This document shows, piece after piece, positions 16,115 to 28,666 of a stretch of DNA of 64,000 nucleotides (the stretch's first letter is position 1; the number at the start of each line of letters is the position of its first letter). The DNA lies in assembly GCA_051002235.1 (NCBI GenBank), contig JBPCMN010000023.1, positions 1,999 through 65,998 on the forward strand. Reading direction: 5' to 3'. Source of the DNA: Acidimicrobiia bacterium (GTDB lineage Bacteria > Actinomycetota > Acidimicrobiia > IMCC26256 > JACDBD01). A program made the translations under genes and the position numbers. The notes beneath the pieces were generated by a model, which did not search any database, was not told the origin of the DNA, and saw only the letters and a program-made list of their open reading frames with translations.

Positions 16115-17484
16115 CGGTGCCAGATCGTTCCCGTGGGCGTGTCCTCGAGCGTGATCCCCCGCTGGGCGAGCTGGTCGCGGATGCGGTCAGCCTCGGCGTA
16201 GTCGCCACGGGCGCGCGCTTCCTCGCGTTGGGCGACCAGGGCGTCGATCTCCTCGTCGCCCTCCTCGCCGTCGCCGTCGGCGAGCTCGAGCCCGAGCGCA
16301 CCGGCAAGCTCGATCACGGTGGCGAGGAGGGTGGCGGCCTCGCCTCTGTCGTCGCGGTCGATGGCCGCGTTGGCCCAGCGGGCGGTGTCGAAGGTCACGG
16401 CGGCGGCACCGGGAGTGCCGAAGTCGTCGTCCATGTGGGCCCGGAACGACCCGACCGCGGCGTCGTCGAGCTGGGCGCCGCTGGGATCGATCCCGGCGAC
16501 GCGGGCCCGGCGGGCGAGGTTGTCCAGGCCGCGGATCGCACTGGCGGCGTCGGTGAGCTCCTTCTCACCCAGCTCCATCTGCTTGCGGTAATGCGTCTGG
16601 AGCACGGCGAGACGAATCGCCCGGGGGCCGTGGGCATCGAGGGCATCGGCGAGCGTGGTGAAGTTGCCGAGCGACTTCGCCATCTTCTCGCTGCCGACCA
16701 TGACCATGCCGTTGTGGATCCAGTAGCGCGCGAACGCGTGGCCGGCGCCCTCGGCTTGGGCGCGTTCGTTCTCGTGATGCGGGAACACGAGGTCGTCTCC
16801 CCCGCCGTGCAGGTCGAAGCCGTCGCCGAGGAGTCGCAGCGACATCGCCGAGCACTCGATGTGCCAGCCCGGCCGGCCCTTGCCCCACGGCGAGTCCCAC
16901 GCGGGCTCGCCCTCCTTCGCCGCCTTCCAGAGGGCGAAGTCGACCGGGCTGCGCTTGCGCTCGTCGACCTCCACCCGGCCGCCGGCGGTGCCGAGCAGGT
17001 CGGCGAGCTTGCGGTGCGAGAGCTCGCCGTAGGGGTCGTATGACTCGACGTCGAAGTACACGCCCTGACCCTCGACGACGTAGGCGTGGCCCTCGCGCAC
17101 GAGGTCGCCGATGAGCTCGATCATCGGCTCGATGTACTCGGTGGCGCGGGGAAGGTGGTCGGGCCGGCCCACGTCGAGGCGGTCCATCACGTCCCAGTAC
17201 GCGGCCTCGTAGCGCTGGGCGACCTCGGACTCGCTGGTGCCCTCCTTCGCGGCTCGGGCGATGATCTTGTCCTCGACGTCGGTGACGTTGCTCACGAACG
17301 TGACGTCGACGCCGCTCCACTCGACGTACCGGCGGATGACGTCGAACACCACCGCGGCGCGGCCGTGACCGACGTGCGGGACCTCGTAGACGGTCGGCCC
17401 GCAGACGTAGATCGAGAGCTTTCCCGGCTCGCGCGGGATCACCTCGACCTTCTCGCGCGAGAGAGTGTCGTGGACCCGGATCAC
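16111..17484 (-). CDS. cysS: Cysteine--tRNA ligase
   Basis: HVGHGR (HIGH) and KMAKSLGN (KMSKS). Start trimmed to GTG 17482-17484 (VIRVHDTLSR...), which overlaps the ispF stop. Confidence 0.95.
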   Translation of the reverse strand: MIRVHDTLSREKVEVIPREPGKLSIYVCGPTVYEVPHVGHGRAAVVFDVIRRYVEWSGVDVTFVSNVTDVEDKIIARAAKEGTSESEVAQRYEAAYWDVMDRLDVGRPDHLPRATEYIEPMIELIGDLVREGHAYVVEGQGVYFDVESYDPYGELSHRKLADLLGTAGGRVEVDERKRSPVDFALWKAAKEGEPAWDSPWGKGRPGWHIECSAMSLRLLGDGFDLHGGGDDLVFPHHENERAQAEGAGHAFARYWIHNGMVMVGSEKMAKSLGNFTTLADALDAHGPRAIRLAVLQTHYRKQMELGEKELTDAASAIRGLDNLARRARVAGIDPSGAQLDDAAVGSFRAHMDDDFGTPGAAAVTFDTARWANAAIDRDDRGEAATLLATVIELAGALGLELADGDGEEGDEEIDALVAQREEARARGDYAEADRIRDQLAQRGITLEDTPTGTIWHR

Positions 17485-17969
17485 GGTCCGTCGAATGTAT
17501 AGAGGAGCGCGACCGCCCACGCCGCAATTCCCTCGGCCCGCCCGAGCGCGCCCAGGCCCTCGGGCCGCTTCGGCTTGACCGCAACCGCCGCGGGATCGAG
17601 TGGCTCGAGCGCCTGCTCGACCGACGCCACCATGTCGGGAAGGTGGGGTGCGAGCACGGGTTGCTCGGTGGCGACGACCACGTCGACGTTCTCCACCCGC
17701 CAGCCTGCGGCCGCCACCGCATCGGCGACGTCGCGCAACAGCCGCATGGACGACACGCCTCGGTAGCGCTCGTCGTCGGCTGGGAACAGGGTGCCGAGGT
17801 CGGGTAGACCGGCCGCGCCCAGCAGCGCATCGGCGATGGCGTGGGCGACCACGTCGGCGTCGGAGTGGCCCTCGAGCCCGGGGCCGGCGAGGGTGACGCC
17901 GCCGAGGACGAGCGGTCCATCCCCCCCGAACGGGTGCACGTCGAAGCCGAGACCGACCCGGGACGTCAC
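17481..17969 (-). CDS. ispF: 2-C-methyl-D-erythritol 2,4-cyclodiphosphate synthase
   Basis: GLGFDVHPF...GHSDADVVAHAIADALLGA is the IspF signature. Confidence 0.95.
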   Translation of the reverse strand: MTSRVGLGFDVHPFGGDGPLVLGGVTLAGPGLEGHSDADVVAHAIADALLGAAGLPDLGTLFPADDERYRGVSSMRLLRDVADAVAAAGWRVENVDVVVATEQPVLAPHLPDMVASVEQALEPLDPAAVAVKPKRPEGLGALGRAEGIAAWAVALLYTFDGP

Positions 17970-18601
17970 GGCGAGCTCTGCACGAGCGCCTCGGCGATCG
18001 CCAGGTCCTCGGGTGCCGTGACCTTCAGATTGCGCGGGTCGCCCGGTACGACGACCACCGTCCCACCGGCCGCCTCGACCAGGGCGGCATCGTCGGTGGC
18101 GTCGGGCTCGGCAGCGTGGGCGCGACGCAGGGCGTCGGCTCGGAAGGCCTGCGGGGTCTGGACTGCGAACAATCCCTGGCGGGTCACGGTCTCGACGACG
18201 CGGACGCCCTCGACCCGCTTCAACGTGTCGGTGATCGGGACCGCCGGAACCGCGGCATCGGCGCCGGCTCGCACCGCGTCGATGACGGCATCGAAGATCG
18301 ACTTCGAGGCGAGGGGGCGGGCGGCGTCGTGCACGACCAGAACGTCGGCGTCCTCATCGACCGCGGCGAGGCCGGCGCGGACCGAGTCGGAGCGGCGGTC
18401 GCCGCCCGGTACCGCGGTGACCCCTTCGTCGCCCTCCCACGGCATACCGGCGGGGAGGACGACCGTCACGTGGTCACACGCCGCGACCGCCATCATGACC
18501 GCCCGATCGACGACACGCGCATCACCCAGGCGTTCGAACTGCTTGGGCGAACCGAACCGCGTCGCCTGTCCCCCGGCGACGACGATGCCCCAGACGGTCA
18601 C
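17966..18601 (-). CDS. ispD: 2-C-methyl-D-erythritol 4-phosphate cytidylyltransferase
   Basis: N-terminus VVAGGQATRFGSPKQF, IspD-like length, and coupling to ispF. Confidence 0.9.
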   Translation of the reverse strand: MTVWGIVVAGGQATRFGSPKQFERLGDARVVDRAVMMAVAACDHVTVVLPAGMPWEGDEGVTAVPGGDRRSDSVRAGLAAVDEDADVLVVHDAARPLASKSIFDAVIDAVRAGADAAVPAVPITDTLKRVEGVRVVETVTRQGLFAVQTPQAFRADALRRAHAAEPDATDDAALVEAAGGTVVVVPGDPRNLKVTAPEDLAIAEALVQSSP

Positions 18602-18612
18602 CGGGGACGCGC

Positions 18613-19101
18613 CTACTTCTTCTTGTGCAGCGCCTCGTCGAGCCGGGCCTCGGCGGCCTCCTCGTCGACGCCGATGGCGAAGGTCAGCTCGGAGACGAGG
18701 ATCTGACGGGCCTTCGCCAGCATCCGCTTCTCGCCCGCCGACAGGCCCTTGTCGCTCTCGCGGATCGAGAGGTTCCGCACCACCTCGGCCACCTGGTAGA
18801 TGTCGCCGCTCTTGAGCTTCTCGACGTGGTTCTTGAACCGTCGGGACCAGTTGGTGGGCATGCGCGCCTCCTTCTTGCGAAGGACGGCGAACACCTCCTC
18901 GACCTCCTCGTCGTTGATCACGTCGCGCAGGCCGATCTCCTCGGCGTTGTCGGCCGGCACCATGAGCGTGAGGTCGCCGTAGGCAAGGCGCAGCACGAGG
19001 TAGTCGCGCTTCTCACCGAAGACGTTCTTCTTCTCCCGCTTCTCGATCGTCGCAGCCCCGTGATGGGGGTAGACCACTTTGTCGCCGACGTCGAAAGTCA
19101 T
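18613..19101 (-). CDS. carD: CarD-family RNA polymerase-binding transcriptional regulator
   Basis: [25 protein letters not shown]...DYLVLRL is the CarD N-terminal Tudor-like motif. Synteny carD-ispD-ispF-cysS. Confidence 0.9.
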   Translation of the reverse strand: MTFDVGDKVVYPHHGAATIEKREKKNVFGEKRDYLVLRLAYGDLTLMVPADNAEEIGLRDVINDEEVEEVFAVLRKKEARMPTNWSRRFKNHVEKLKSGDIYQVAEVVRNLSIRESDKGLSAGEKRMLAKARQILVSELTFAIGVDEEAAEARLDEALHKKK

Positions 19102-19201
19102 GACACTCCTCGCGAGAGGATAGAGGTGAAGCGGGAAGAACGTTCATTGTACCAAACCGAGCAGGGAGCCCGGCCCATCGGGAAACTACGCTTGGCGCGC
19201 C

Positions 19202-19864
19202 GTGGCCGAACGACTCCTCAACACAACCGACCTGTTCGCAGCACTTCCACCCGACGTGCTCGCAACCTTGGGCGAGCACGCCGCCGTGCACAGCTACGAG
19301 CGCAATGAGTTGCTGTTCAGCCAGGGTGAGGCGTCAAACGAGCTGTTCGTGGTGCAGACCGGTCGCATCGCGATCGCCACCAAGGCCTCCGATGGCCGCG
19401 AATCGGTGCTGGCGGTGCTCGAGGACGGTCAATTGTTCGGCGAGCTCCCGCTCTTCGACGATGCCCCCCGTAGCGCTGACGCTCGCGCACTCAGCGACTC
19501 CCAGGTCGTCGTGCTCGACTACGCGCCGGTGCGGGCGGTGCTACAGGAGCGTCCCGAGCTGCTGTGGATCGCGGTGAAGCTGCTCAGCCAGCGCCTCCGC
19601 GCCACCGACGAGGCGCTCGCTGATGCGGTGTTTTTGGACGTCCCCGCCCGCACCGCCAAGCGCCTCCTCGAGCTGGCCGGCGACGCCGACGAGTTCAAGC
19701 TGCCGGTCACCCAGGAGGAGCTGGCGGCGATGGTCGGCGCCTCGCGCGAGCGGGTGAACAAGGCGCTCGCCCTGTTCGGAAAGCTGGGCTGGCTCGAGGT
19801 CAAGGGCCGCAGCCGCTACAAGTTCGTCGACCGCCAAGCGCTCGAAGACCGGGCGAACTTGTAG
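19202..19864 (+). CDS. Crp/Fnr-family transcriptional regulator (cNMP-binding domain plus HTH)
   Basis: The cNMP domain contains FGELPLFD...RSADARA, and the C-terminal HTH contains TQEELAAMVGASRERVNKAL. Confidence 0.85.
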   Translation: MAERLLNTTDLFAALPPDVLATLGEHAAVHSYERNELLFSQGEASNELFVVQTGRIAIATKASDGRESVLAVLEDGQLFGELPLFDDAPRSADARALSDSQVVVLDYAPVRAVLQERPELLWIAVKLLSQRLRATDEALADAVFLDVPARTAKRLLELAGDADEFKLPVTQEELAAMVGASRERVNKALALFGKLGWLEVKGRSRYKFVDRQALEDRANL

Positions 19865-19879
19865 TTAGGGGGGTTGGCG

Positions 19880-20620
19880 CTAGGTCACTCGCAGGAACGC
19901 GAGGGTGCGCGTCCAGGCGTCGGCAGCGTCGTCGGGACGGTGCGCCGGACGGTCGCAATCGTGGACGAAGCCGTGGTCGGCGCCGGCGTACACGACGATC
20001 TCGTGCTCGGGCTTACCCTCCCAGGCCTTCCGGAGCGCGTCGATGTCGGCCGCGGGTGTCCACGGGTCCTGGTCCCCGAAGAACGCCAGGGTCGGGCAGG
20101 CGTCGGCGGCGGAGTCGAGCGGCTCGCGCTGGCCGGGGCCGCGCCACGCGTCGGGAACGCGGATCATCCCGTAGAACGGCACCGCCCGTTCGAACGAACC
20201 GGTCGCGGCGGCCTTGAGCGTGTACATGCCGCCCATGCAGAAGCCGAGCACCGACACGTGCGGGACGCGATCGGTGTCGACGAGGTAGTCGGCGGCGCGT
20301 TGGAGGTCACCGACCTGGGCGTCGTCGTCCAGGTCCTTGACCCGCTCCATGCGGCCCATGGCGTCGAGTGCGCCGCGCTCGTCCTCGGAGAGGCGGGCGA
20401 ACGGCTCAGGTGCGCAGACCGCGAGCCCGTGGGTGGCGAGCCGCCGGCACAGGTCGTCGAACAACGGCCGCACCCCCATGATGTCGGGATGGACGACCAG
20501 TCCGGCGACGGGTTCGCCCTCGGGCATCGCGTGGATCGCCTCGACCGCGACGCCACCATGACCCTCGAGCGTGACCCGCTCCGCATTCGCGGCCCGTTCG
20601 CCTTCGACCAGCGCGCTCAC
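19880..20620 (-). CDS. Dienelactone hydrolase family protein
   Basis: Alpha/beta-hydrolase with nucleophile-elbow-like GFCMGG and a C-terminal ADHGF motif. Confidence 0.75.
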   Translation of the reverse strand: MSALVEGERAANAERVTLEGHGGVAVEAIHAMPEGEPVAGLVVHPDIMGVRPLFDDLCRRLATHGLAVCAPEPFARLSEDERGALDAMGRMERVKDLDDDAQVGDLQRAADYLVDTDRVPHVSVLGFCMGGMYTLKAAATGSFERAVPFYGMIRVPDAWRGPGQREPLDSAADACPTLAFFGDQDPWTPAADIDALRKAWEGKPEHEIVVYAGADHGFVHDCDRPAHRPDDAADAWTRTLAFLRVT

Positions 20621-21690
20621 ACGTAACGTTCGAGGATCGACGTCTCCGCCAGGCGGGACAGACCTTCCTTGATCGCGCGCGCACGCGCATCGCCGACGCC
20701 CTCGACCTCGACCAGGTCGGTGACGCCGGCCCGCATGATCTTCTGGAGGTTCGCGAACCGGTCGACGACGTGGTCGGCGACGATCTCGGGAATGCGCGGG
20801 ATCTTGTGCAGGAGCCGGAAGCCGCGGGGCTGGAGCGCCTGATCGATGCTCGTGTCAGTGGGCAGGTGGAGCACGTTGGCGACCTCTTGCAGGTCGAGGA
20901 GCGACTCCGTGTCGAGATCCGCGAGCCGGTGCATGACGTCGAGCAGCTCCCAGTCGGGCGATTCGGTGAAGTAGTCCTTCGCGACCAGACGCCGGTCGTC
21001 TTCCACCCCACCCATGAGCTCCTCCAGCTGGAGTAGCACCAGCCGGCCGTCGGCACCAAGCTCGATCACGTACCCCTCGATCTCGTCGGCGATGCGGCGG
21101 ACCATCTCGGCCCGCTGGAGCACAGTGGCGACGTCGCGCACGGTCACGAGGTCCTCGACCTCGAGGGCCGACAGGGAGCTGCTCACCGCGTCGAGCCGAG
21201 CCTTGTACCGCTCGAGGATCTGGAGCGCCTGGTCGGCGCGGGCGAGCACGCGGGGGATGGCCTCGAGGGTGCGCTTCACGCCCTTGCGGTGAATGGCGAC
21301 CACCGACATGTCCTCGGACGCGGTGATGACGGGGACGTCGATCTGGCGGGCCACGCGCTCAGCCGTGCGGTGACGGGTCCCGGTCTCGGAGGTCGGGATA
21401 TCGGGGTCGGGAACGAGGTGGACGTTGGCCCGGGCGACCCGGGAGGTGTCGGCGGCGAGGATGATCGCGCCGTCCATCTTGGCGAGCTCGGAGAGTCGCT
21501 GCGGGGTGAACTCGGCGTCGAGCAGGAAGCCGCCCGAGCAGAGCCCGAGCACTTCGGGCCCATCGCCGACCACGATGAGCGCGCCCATCCGCGCCTGCAG
21601 GATGCGGTCGAGGCCCTCGCGCAGCTGCGTGCCCGGGGCCACCAGCCGCAGGGCGGCGAGCATCGATTCGCTCCGCGTCGGTCGCGCCAC
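20617..21690 (-). CDS. disA: DNA integrity scanning protein DisA (diadenylate cyclase)
   Basis: DAC domain with GALIVVGD, DGAIIL and RHRTAERV, plus C-terminal HhH (VEGVGDARARAIKEGL). Located downstream of radA. Confidence 0.9.
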   Translation of the reverse strand: MARPTRSESMLAALRLVAPGTQLREGLDRILQARMGALIVVGDGPEVLGLCSGGFLLDAEFTPQRLSELAKMDGAIILAADTSRVARANVHLVPDPDIPTSETGTRHRTAERVARQIDVPVITASEDMSVVAIHRKGVKRTLEAIPRVLARADQALQILERYKARLDAVSSSLSALEVEDLVTVRDVATVLQRAEMVRRIADEIEGYVIELGADGRLVLLQLEELMGGVEDDRRLVAKDYFTESPDWELLDVMHRLADLDTESLLDLQEVANVLHLPTDTSIDQALQPRGFRLLHKIPRIPEIVADHVVDRFANLQKIMRAGVTDLVEVEGVGDARARAIKEGLSRLAETSILERYV

Positions 21691-21795
21691 CAGGATCCCT
21701 CCAGCTCTCGAACGGCAAGCGCCTGCACGTTCGAGGGTTGGGGCAAATCTACCAAGGAGCGGCCCGGGTCCGTCCTGCCGGTACCTGACGGTCCG

Positions 21796-23169
21796 TCAGG
21801 CGGCGTGGCGCTGTCGCACCGGGCCCAGCGCCGCGACCAGCGCGTCCCCGAGATCGGCCACTCCCACCACGTCGATTCCCCGAGCGGCCGGGGTCGACGG
21901 GGGCGCGAGCGCCCGGGTGAACCCGAGGCGAGCGGCCTCGGCCAGCCGTCGGCCCGTCCGCCCGACCTGGCGGATCTCGCCTCCCAGCCCGACCTCGCCG
22001 ACCACCACGGTGTCGGATGGGACCGGCGTTCCCCGGCGCGCGCTTGCCACCGCGAGGGCGACGGCGAGGTCGGCGCCGGGGTCGCTGACCCGCACGCCGC
22101 CGGCGACGCTGGCGAACACGTCGGCCCTTCCGACCGCCAGGCGGGCGTGCTGCTTCAGCACCGCGAGCAGCAGGGTGAGCCGGCTGGCGTCGAGGCCCTG
22201 GCCAACCCGCCGCGGCGGCTCGGACGCGTCGCCGGCGACGAGGGCCTGCACCTCGACGAGCAGCGGGCGCGCTCCCTCGAGGACGGGTGCGACCACCGAC
22301 CCGGGCGCACCCGGGCGGCGGTCGGCGAGAAAGAGCGCGGAGGCGTCGGGCACCGCCACCAGCCCGCCCTCGGCCATCTCGAACACGCCGAGCTCGTGGG
22401 TGGGACCGAAGCGGTGCTTGAGGGCGTGCAGGAGCCGGAGCGCGTGCTGCCGTTCACCGTCGAACGACAGCACCGTGTCGACGATGTGCTCGAGGGTGCG
22501 CGGCCCGGCGAGCGTGCCCTCCTTGGTCACGTGGCCGACCAACAGCGTGGTCACACCCCGTTCCTTGGCCAGGCGGACGAGACGGTGGGCGCAGGCGCGC
22601 ACCTGCGTGACCGAGCCGGGCGCGCCCTGCTGATCGGGATCGTGCACGGTCTGGATGGAGTCGAGCGCGAGCACGTCGGGCGCGTGGCTCTCCGCATGGG
22701 CAAGGACCATCGGCAGCGACGTCTCCGAGACGATGAACAGCCCGGGCGCGAGGGTCCCGAGACGACCCGCTCGCCGCCGCACCTGCTCGCGCGACTCCTC
22801 CGCGCTCACGAGCAGGCAGCGGGTGCCGCCGTCGGCCATGCGGCTGAGTGCCTGGAGCAGCAGCGTGCTCTTGCCGATGCCGGGCTCACCGCCGAGCACG
22901 GTCACCGACCCCGCGACCAGGCCACCGCCCAGCACCCGGTCGAGCTCGCCGACGCCGGTGGGACGGACGGGGGCGCCCTCGGGGTCGACCTCGGCGATGG
23001 GCATCGCCACCTCGCCCGGGGACGGCAGGGGGGTCGCCTCACCACGCGCGGTCGCGGCCGCCTCCTCGACGACCGTCCCCCACTCGCCACACGAGGCGCA
23101 CCGACCGAGCCACCGCGCCGCGGTAGCGCCGCACTCGGTACAGCGGTGGATCGTCCGGGCCTTGGCCAT
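21796..23169 (-). CDS. radA: DNA repair protein RadA
   Basis: Zinc finger CTECGATAARWLGRCASCGEWG, Walker A GEPGIGKSTLLLQ, KNRFG-like motif LKHRFGPT, and a Lon-like C-terminus. Confidence 0.95.
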   Translation of the reverse strand: MAKARTIHRCTECGATAARWLGRCASCGEWGTVVEEAAATARGEATPLPSPGEVAMPIAEVDPEGAPVRPTGVGELDRVLGGGLVAGSVTVLGGEPGIGKSTLLLQALSRMADGGTRCLLVSAEESREQVRRRAGRLGTLAPGLFIVSETSLPMVLAHAESHAPDVLALDSIQTVHDPDQQGAPGSVTQVRACAHRLVRLAKERGVTTLLVGHVTKEGTLAGPRTLEHIVDTVLSFDGERQHALRLLHALKHRFGPTHELGVFEMAEGGLVAVPDASALFLADRRPGAPGSVVAPVLEGARPLLVEVQALVAGDASEPPRRVGQGLDASRLTLLLAVLKQHARLAVGRADVFASVAGGVRVSDPGADLAVALAVASARRGTPVPSDTVVVGEVGLGGEIRQVGRTGRRLAEAARLGFTRALAPPSTPAARGIDVVGVADLGDALVAALGPVRQRHAA

Positions 23170-23229
23170 GACGGCGACGGTACCGAGGGGGTGTGACAGC
23201 TACGGCGAGGCGCTGCCTAGGGTGCCCGG

Positions 23230-23844
23230 ATGGGAGACCTGGTCGTCGGGTTCGACCTCGACATGACGCTGATCGACTCCCGACCGGGCATCCTCGCCAC
23301 GCTGTGGGCGCTGTCGGAGGAGACCGGCGTCGCCATCGACGGCGAGCTCGTCGTGAGCCGGCTCGGCCCGACGCTCGAGACCGAGATGGCCGAGTGGTAC
23401 CCGGAGGAACGGATCGCCGCGGTCTCGGACCGCTTCCGTGAGCTCTACACCGAGCTCGGCGTCCCCGGCTGTCACACCCTCCCGGGTGCGGACGACGCGC
23501 TGGCGGCGGTGAAGAGCGCCGGTGGCCGCACCATCGTGATCACCGCCAAGTACGAGCCCAATGCCCGCAAGTGCCTCGAGTATGTGGGCCTCACGGTCGA
23601 CGACGTCATCGGTTGGCGCTACGGCCCCGGCAAGGCAACGGCGCTGACCGAGCACGGCGCGTCCGTGTACGTGGGCGACACGCCGACCGACGTCGCCGCC
23701 GCGCACGCCGCCGGCGCCGTCGGCGTAGCGGTCCCGACCGGGCCGCACCCGGCCGACGAGCTCCGCGCCGCCGGCACGGACGTCCTGCTCGAGACCCTGC
23801 GCGATTTCCCGGCGTGGTTCGGGCCCTGGCGTCAGGCTCTGTAG
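23230..23844 (+). CDS. HAD-superfamily hydrolase (phosphoglycolate phosphatase-like)
   Basis: Motif I FDLDMTLIDS and C-terminal motif VYVGDTPTDV. Confidence 0.75.
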   Translation: MGDLVVGFDLDMTLIDSRPGILATLWALSEETGVAIDGELVVSRLGPTLETEMAEWYPEERIAAVSDRFRELYTELGVPGCHTLPGADDALAAVKSAGGRTIVITAKYEPNARKCLEYVGLTVDDVIGWRYGPGKATALTEHGASVYVGDTPTDVAAAHAAGAVGVAVPTGPHPADELRAAGTDVLLETLRDFPAWFGPWRQAL

Positions 23845-23867
23845 GAGAGCACCACCTGTGCAGGCCC

Positions 23868-24629
23868 CTACTCAGTTTTCTGCTCGAACCGGCCCGGGCC
23901 CCGCCTCCGGCGGGACTGGCGGCGGCCGAGCTCGCGGCCACGCAGGTAGACGACGAGCGCGAGGCCGGCGAAAAGCAGTGCGCCGATCACGAGCAGCTGC
24001 CGGCTGGGGTCGAAGCGGCTCGAGGACGTCGCGATCTCGACCTTCTCGCCCGGCTTCGGGGTGAACGTCCGCCTCGCGCCGGGCAACCCCACCTCGACGC
24101 GCAGCCGGAACGACTCCCGGACCTGGTCGAGCAGCCGCTGGTCGAGCGCGGTCAGGTCGACCTGTTCCGCGGTGAGCGCGGCGACGAGCTCGGGATCGGT
24201 GATCACACCGGTCGCCAGCGCCGACAGATCGGCGACCCCCTTCAGCCGGTACTCGTCGAACACCAGACCCTCATCGCGCGTCAGCGACACGTTGCGCAGC
24301 GGACCGTGCTGCCCCGTCAGCTCGGTAATCACACCCGCAAGATCAGAAGCGCCGGCGAACTCCTTGCTGATGCGGAGGCGGGCGCTGCCGTCGTCGCGTC
24401 GCCTCCACGCGCTGACGTCCCAACCGGCGGCTTCGAGGTCACCCAGCCGCACCCGGTCCTCGAGGGTGGCGCCACCCGCCTCGGCCTCTATCACTGCGTC
24501 AGCGTCGAGGGCGACGCGGACCGTGACCGTGCCGCTGCCGTCCTCGCGCACGTCGATCGACACCGTCGTGTCGACCTTGCACCCGCCGAGAGCGAGGCAG
24601 CACGCGAGAACGACCAGGAGGCGGCGCAT
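23868..24629 (-). CDS. LppM/DUF3153-like lipoprotein with a C-terminal TM anchor
   Basis: Lipobox LALGGC, then KVDTTVSIDVREDGSGTVTVRV, and a C-terminal hydrophobic helix LLVIGALLFAGLALVVYL followed by an Arg-rich tail. Confidence 0.5.
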   Translation of the reverse strand: MRRLLVVLACCLALGGCKVDTTVSIDVREDGSGTVTVRVALDADAVIEAEAGGATLEDRVRLGDLEAAGWDVSAWRRRDDGSARLRISKEFAGASDLAGVITELTGQHGPLRNVSLTRDEGLVFDEYRLKGVADLSALATGVITDPELVAALTAEQVDLTALDQRLLDQVRESFRLRVEVGLPGARRTFTPKPGEKVEIATSSSRFDPSRQLLVIGALLFAGLALVVYLRGRELGRRQSRRRRGPGRFEQKTE

Positions 24630-24676
24630 CGGGCGCCGAGTCTGGCACCCCGACGCCCCGTTCTCAGCCCGGGCAG

Positions 24677-26035
24677 ATGGTTCGTACCGAGCAGGGCCGG
24701 GTCGGTCCGCGGTATGAAGTGCCCGTGAAGGACGAGGAAGACGCCAAGCTCGACGAGATCGTCGCGACCGCCGGCGACATGGGCGTCGAGATCGACGCCG
24801 ACGAGGCCCGCAAGTGGGTGCTGGCGGTCGCCGCCGGGGGCGACACCGGGACGATCGCGGTCGACGCCTCTGCCGGGATCTTCGCCGACCGGGTCACCAT
24901 GCTCGACTTCGATCCCGACGACCTCGACCACATCCGCGGGCTCGTCCCCCACGGCCGGGTCGAGACCCACCCGGCGGTGGAGTCCGCCATCGCCATCGCC
25001 GGCAGCTCGGCCCAGGGCCGGGTGCAGCTCTTCCCCGGCGACGTCGACTTCTTCGAAAGGGTGCACGTTCGGGCGAAGGACGAAGCCGAGGCGCACCAGG
25101 TCCTACGGGACGTCCTGCGAGAGACGGCACTGCGGGCGCTCGGCGAGGCCGACATCATGCTGCTGTACCTCGAGGTCGGCGTCTACCGCGAGACGGTCCG
25201 CGTCGACGGCGAGATGCGGGATGCGGGCGACAACCTCTCGTGGACCTCGGAAGCGCTCGTCGCCGGCGAGATCGCGGCCGAGTCCGCCGACGGCCGACCC
25301 GTGACGGTTCGGTGGGACGACACCACCGTCGGCGGTGGATGGGTCTACCTCGGTTGGATCGCGGCCGACCGGGAGCGGGGGCGGATCGCCCTGATGAGCA
25401 ACATGGTGGACGCCACCTGGGAGGACCCGACCGGCGCCATCCACGCGCTCGACGGCGCGGTCGATCCCCTGTCGCAGGAGGTCTACCTCGAGCTCGACGC
25501 CCTGCCGCTGGTGGCCAAGCTCGACCGCGCGGTCGCGCCCGACGCCCGCGCCACCTACGCCGCCGCCATGCGCGACCAGGTTTCCCGCTACCTGACCGAG
25601 CCCAGCTTCGGCAAGGTCGCCAAGCGCCTTTACAACCTGTTCCGGGTGACCGACGAGCTCGAGGCGGCCGCCTACGTGCGCGAGCTGTTCGACGAGTCGC
25701 CCGCCCGCCTGTACCAGGTGTCGGGGCTACTCGACGCGGCCGATGCCGCGCTCGACGAGTCGTCGGGCATCGACCGCGACACGGTGCTCCGCCAGCTCGA
25801 TGTGGTGGCGGCGGCGATCAAGGACGCGACCGAGGGCGACGAGGAGGACGCGCTGCTCGCGTCGCTGGCTCGGCTGCGCGAGGCCGCCTTGCAGGAGGGC
25901 CGCGAGGGGACGTCGTGGGCCGACGTGCTCACCGAGGTCCGCAAGGGCTGCGCCGCCGAGGTGAACGACTTCTTCCGGTCGCGCCTGCTCGGCCACGTGA
26001 CCGTGCGCGGCTACGTCGAGTCCCTCGGGAAGTAG
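24677..26035 (+). CDS. Hypothetical protein with a minimal Pol-beta-type nucleotidyltransferase signature
   Basis: Normal acidic/aliphatic composition, unlike the overlapping Arg-rich frames. The motif IAGSSAQGRVQLFPGDVDFFERV fits hG[GS]-x(9-13)-DhDh. A candidate third acidic residue lies in EADIMLLYLEV. Confidence 0.5.
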   Translation: MVRTEQGRVGPRYEVPVKDEEDAKLDEIVATAGDMGVEIDADEARKWVLAVAAGGDTGTIAVDASAGIFADRVTMLDFDPDDLDHIRGLVPHGRVETHPAVESAIAIAGSSAQGRVQLFPGDVDFFERVHVRAKDEAEAHQVLRDVLRETALRALGEADIMLLYLEVGVYRETVRVDGEMRDAGDNLSWTSEALVAGEIAAESADGRPVTVRWDDTTVGGGWVYLGWIAADRERGRIALMSNMVDATWEDPTGAIHALDGAVDPLSQEVYLELDALPLVAKLDRAVAPDARATYAAAMRDQVSRYLTEPSFGKVAKRLYNLFRVTDELEAAAYVRELFDESPARLYQVSGLLDAADAALDESSGIDRDTVLRQLDVVAAAIKDATEGDEEDALLASLARLREAALQEGREGTSWADVLTEVRKGCAAEVNDFFRSRLLGHVTVRGYVESLGK

Positions 26036-26064
26036 CAAGCCGCGTGCTGTTCGGTAGCCGCCGC

Positions 26065-26105
26065 CTGTGGAGATAGGCGTTCCGCGGAACGCGCCTTCTC
26101 CACAG
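26065..26105. terminator. Long imperfect palindrome between convergent genes (hypothetical NTase-like gene and clpC)
   Basis: CTGTGGAGATAGGCGTTCCGC / GCGGAACGCGCCTTCTCCACAG, about 19 paired positions. Confidence 0.5.
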
Positions 26106-26161
26106 GACTCGTCCGGGTTACGCCTCAGCCCGTCGAGTGAGGCGGAAGCGCGAAGGAAGAG

Positions 26162-28666
<2,505 letters not shown>

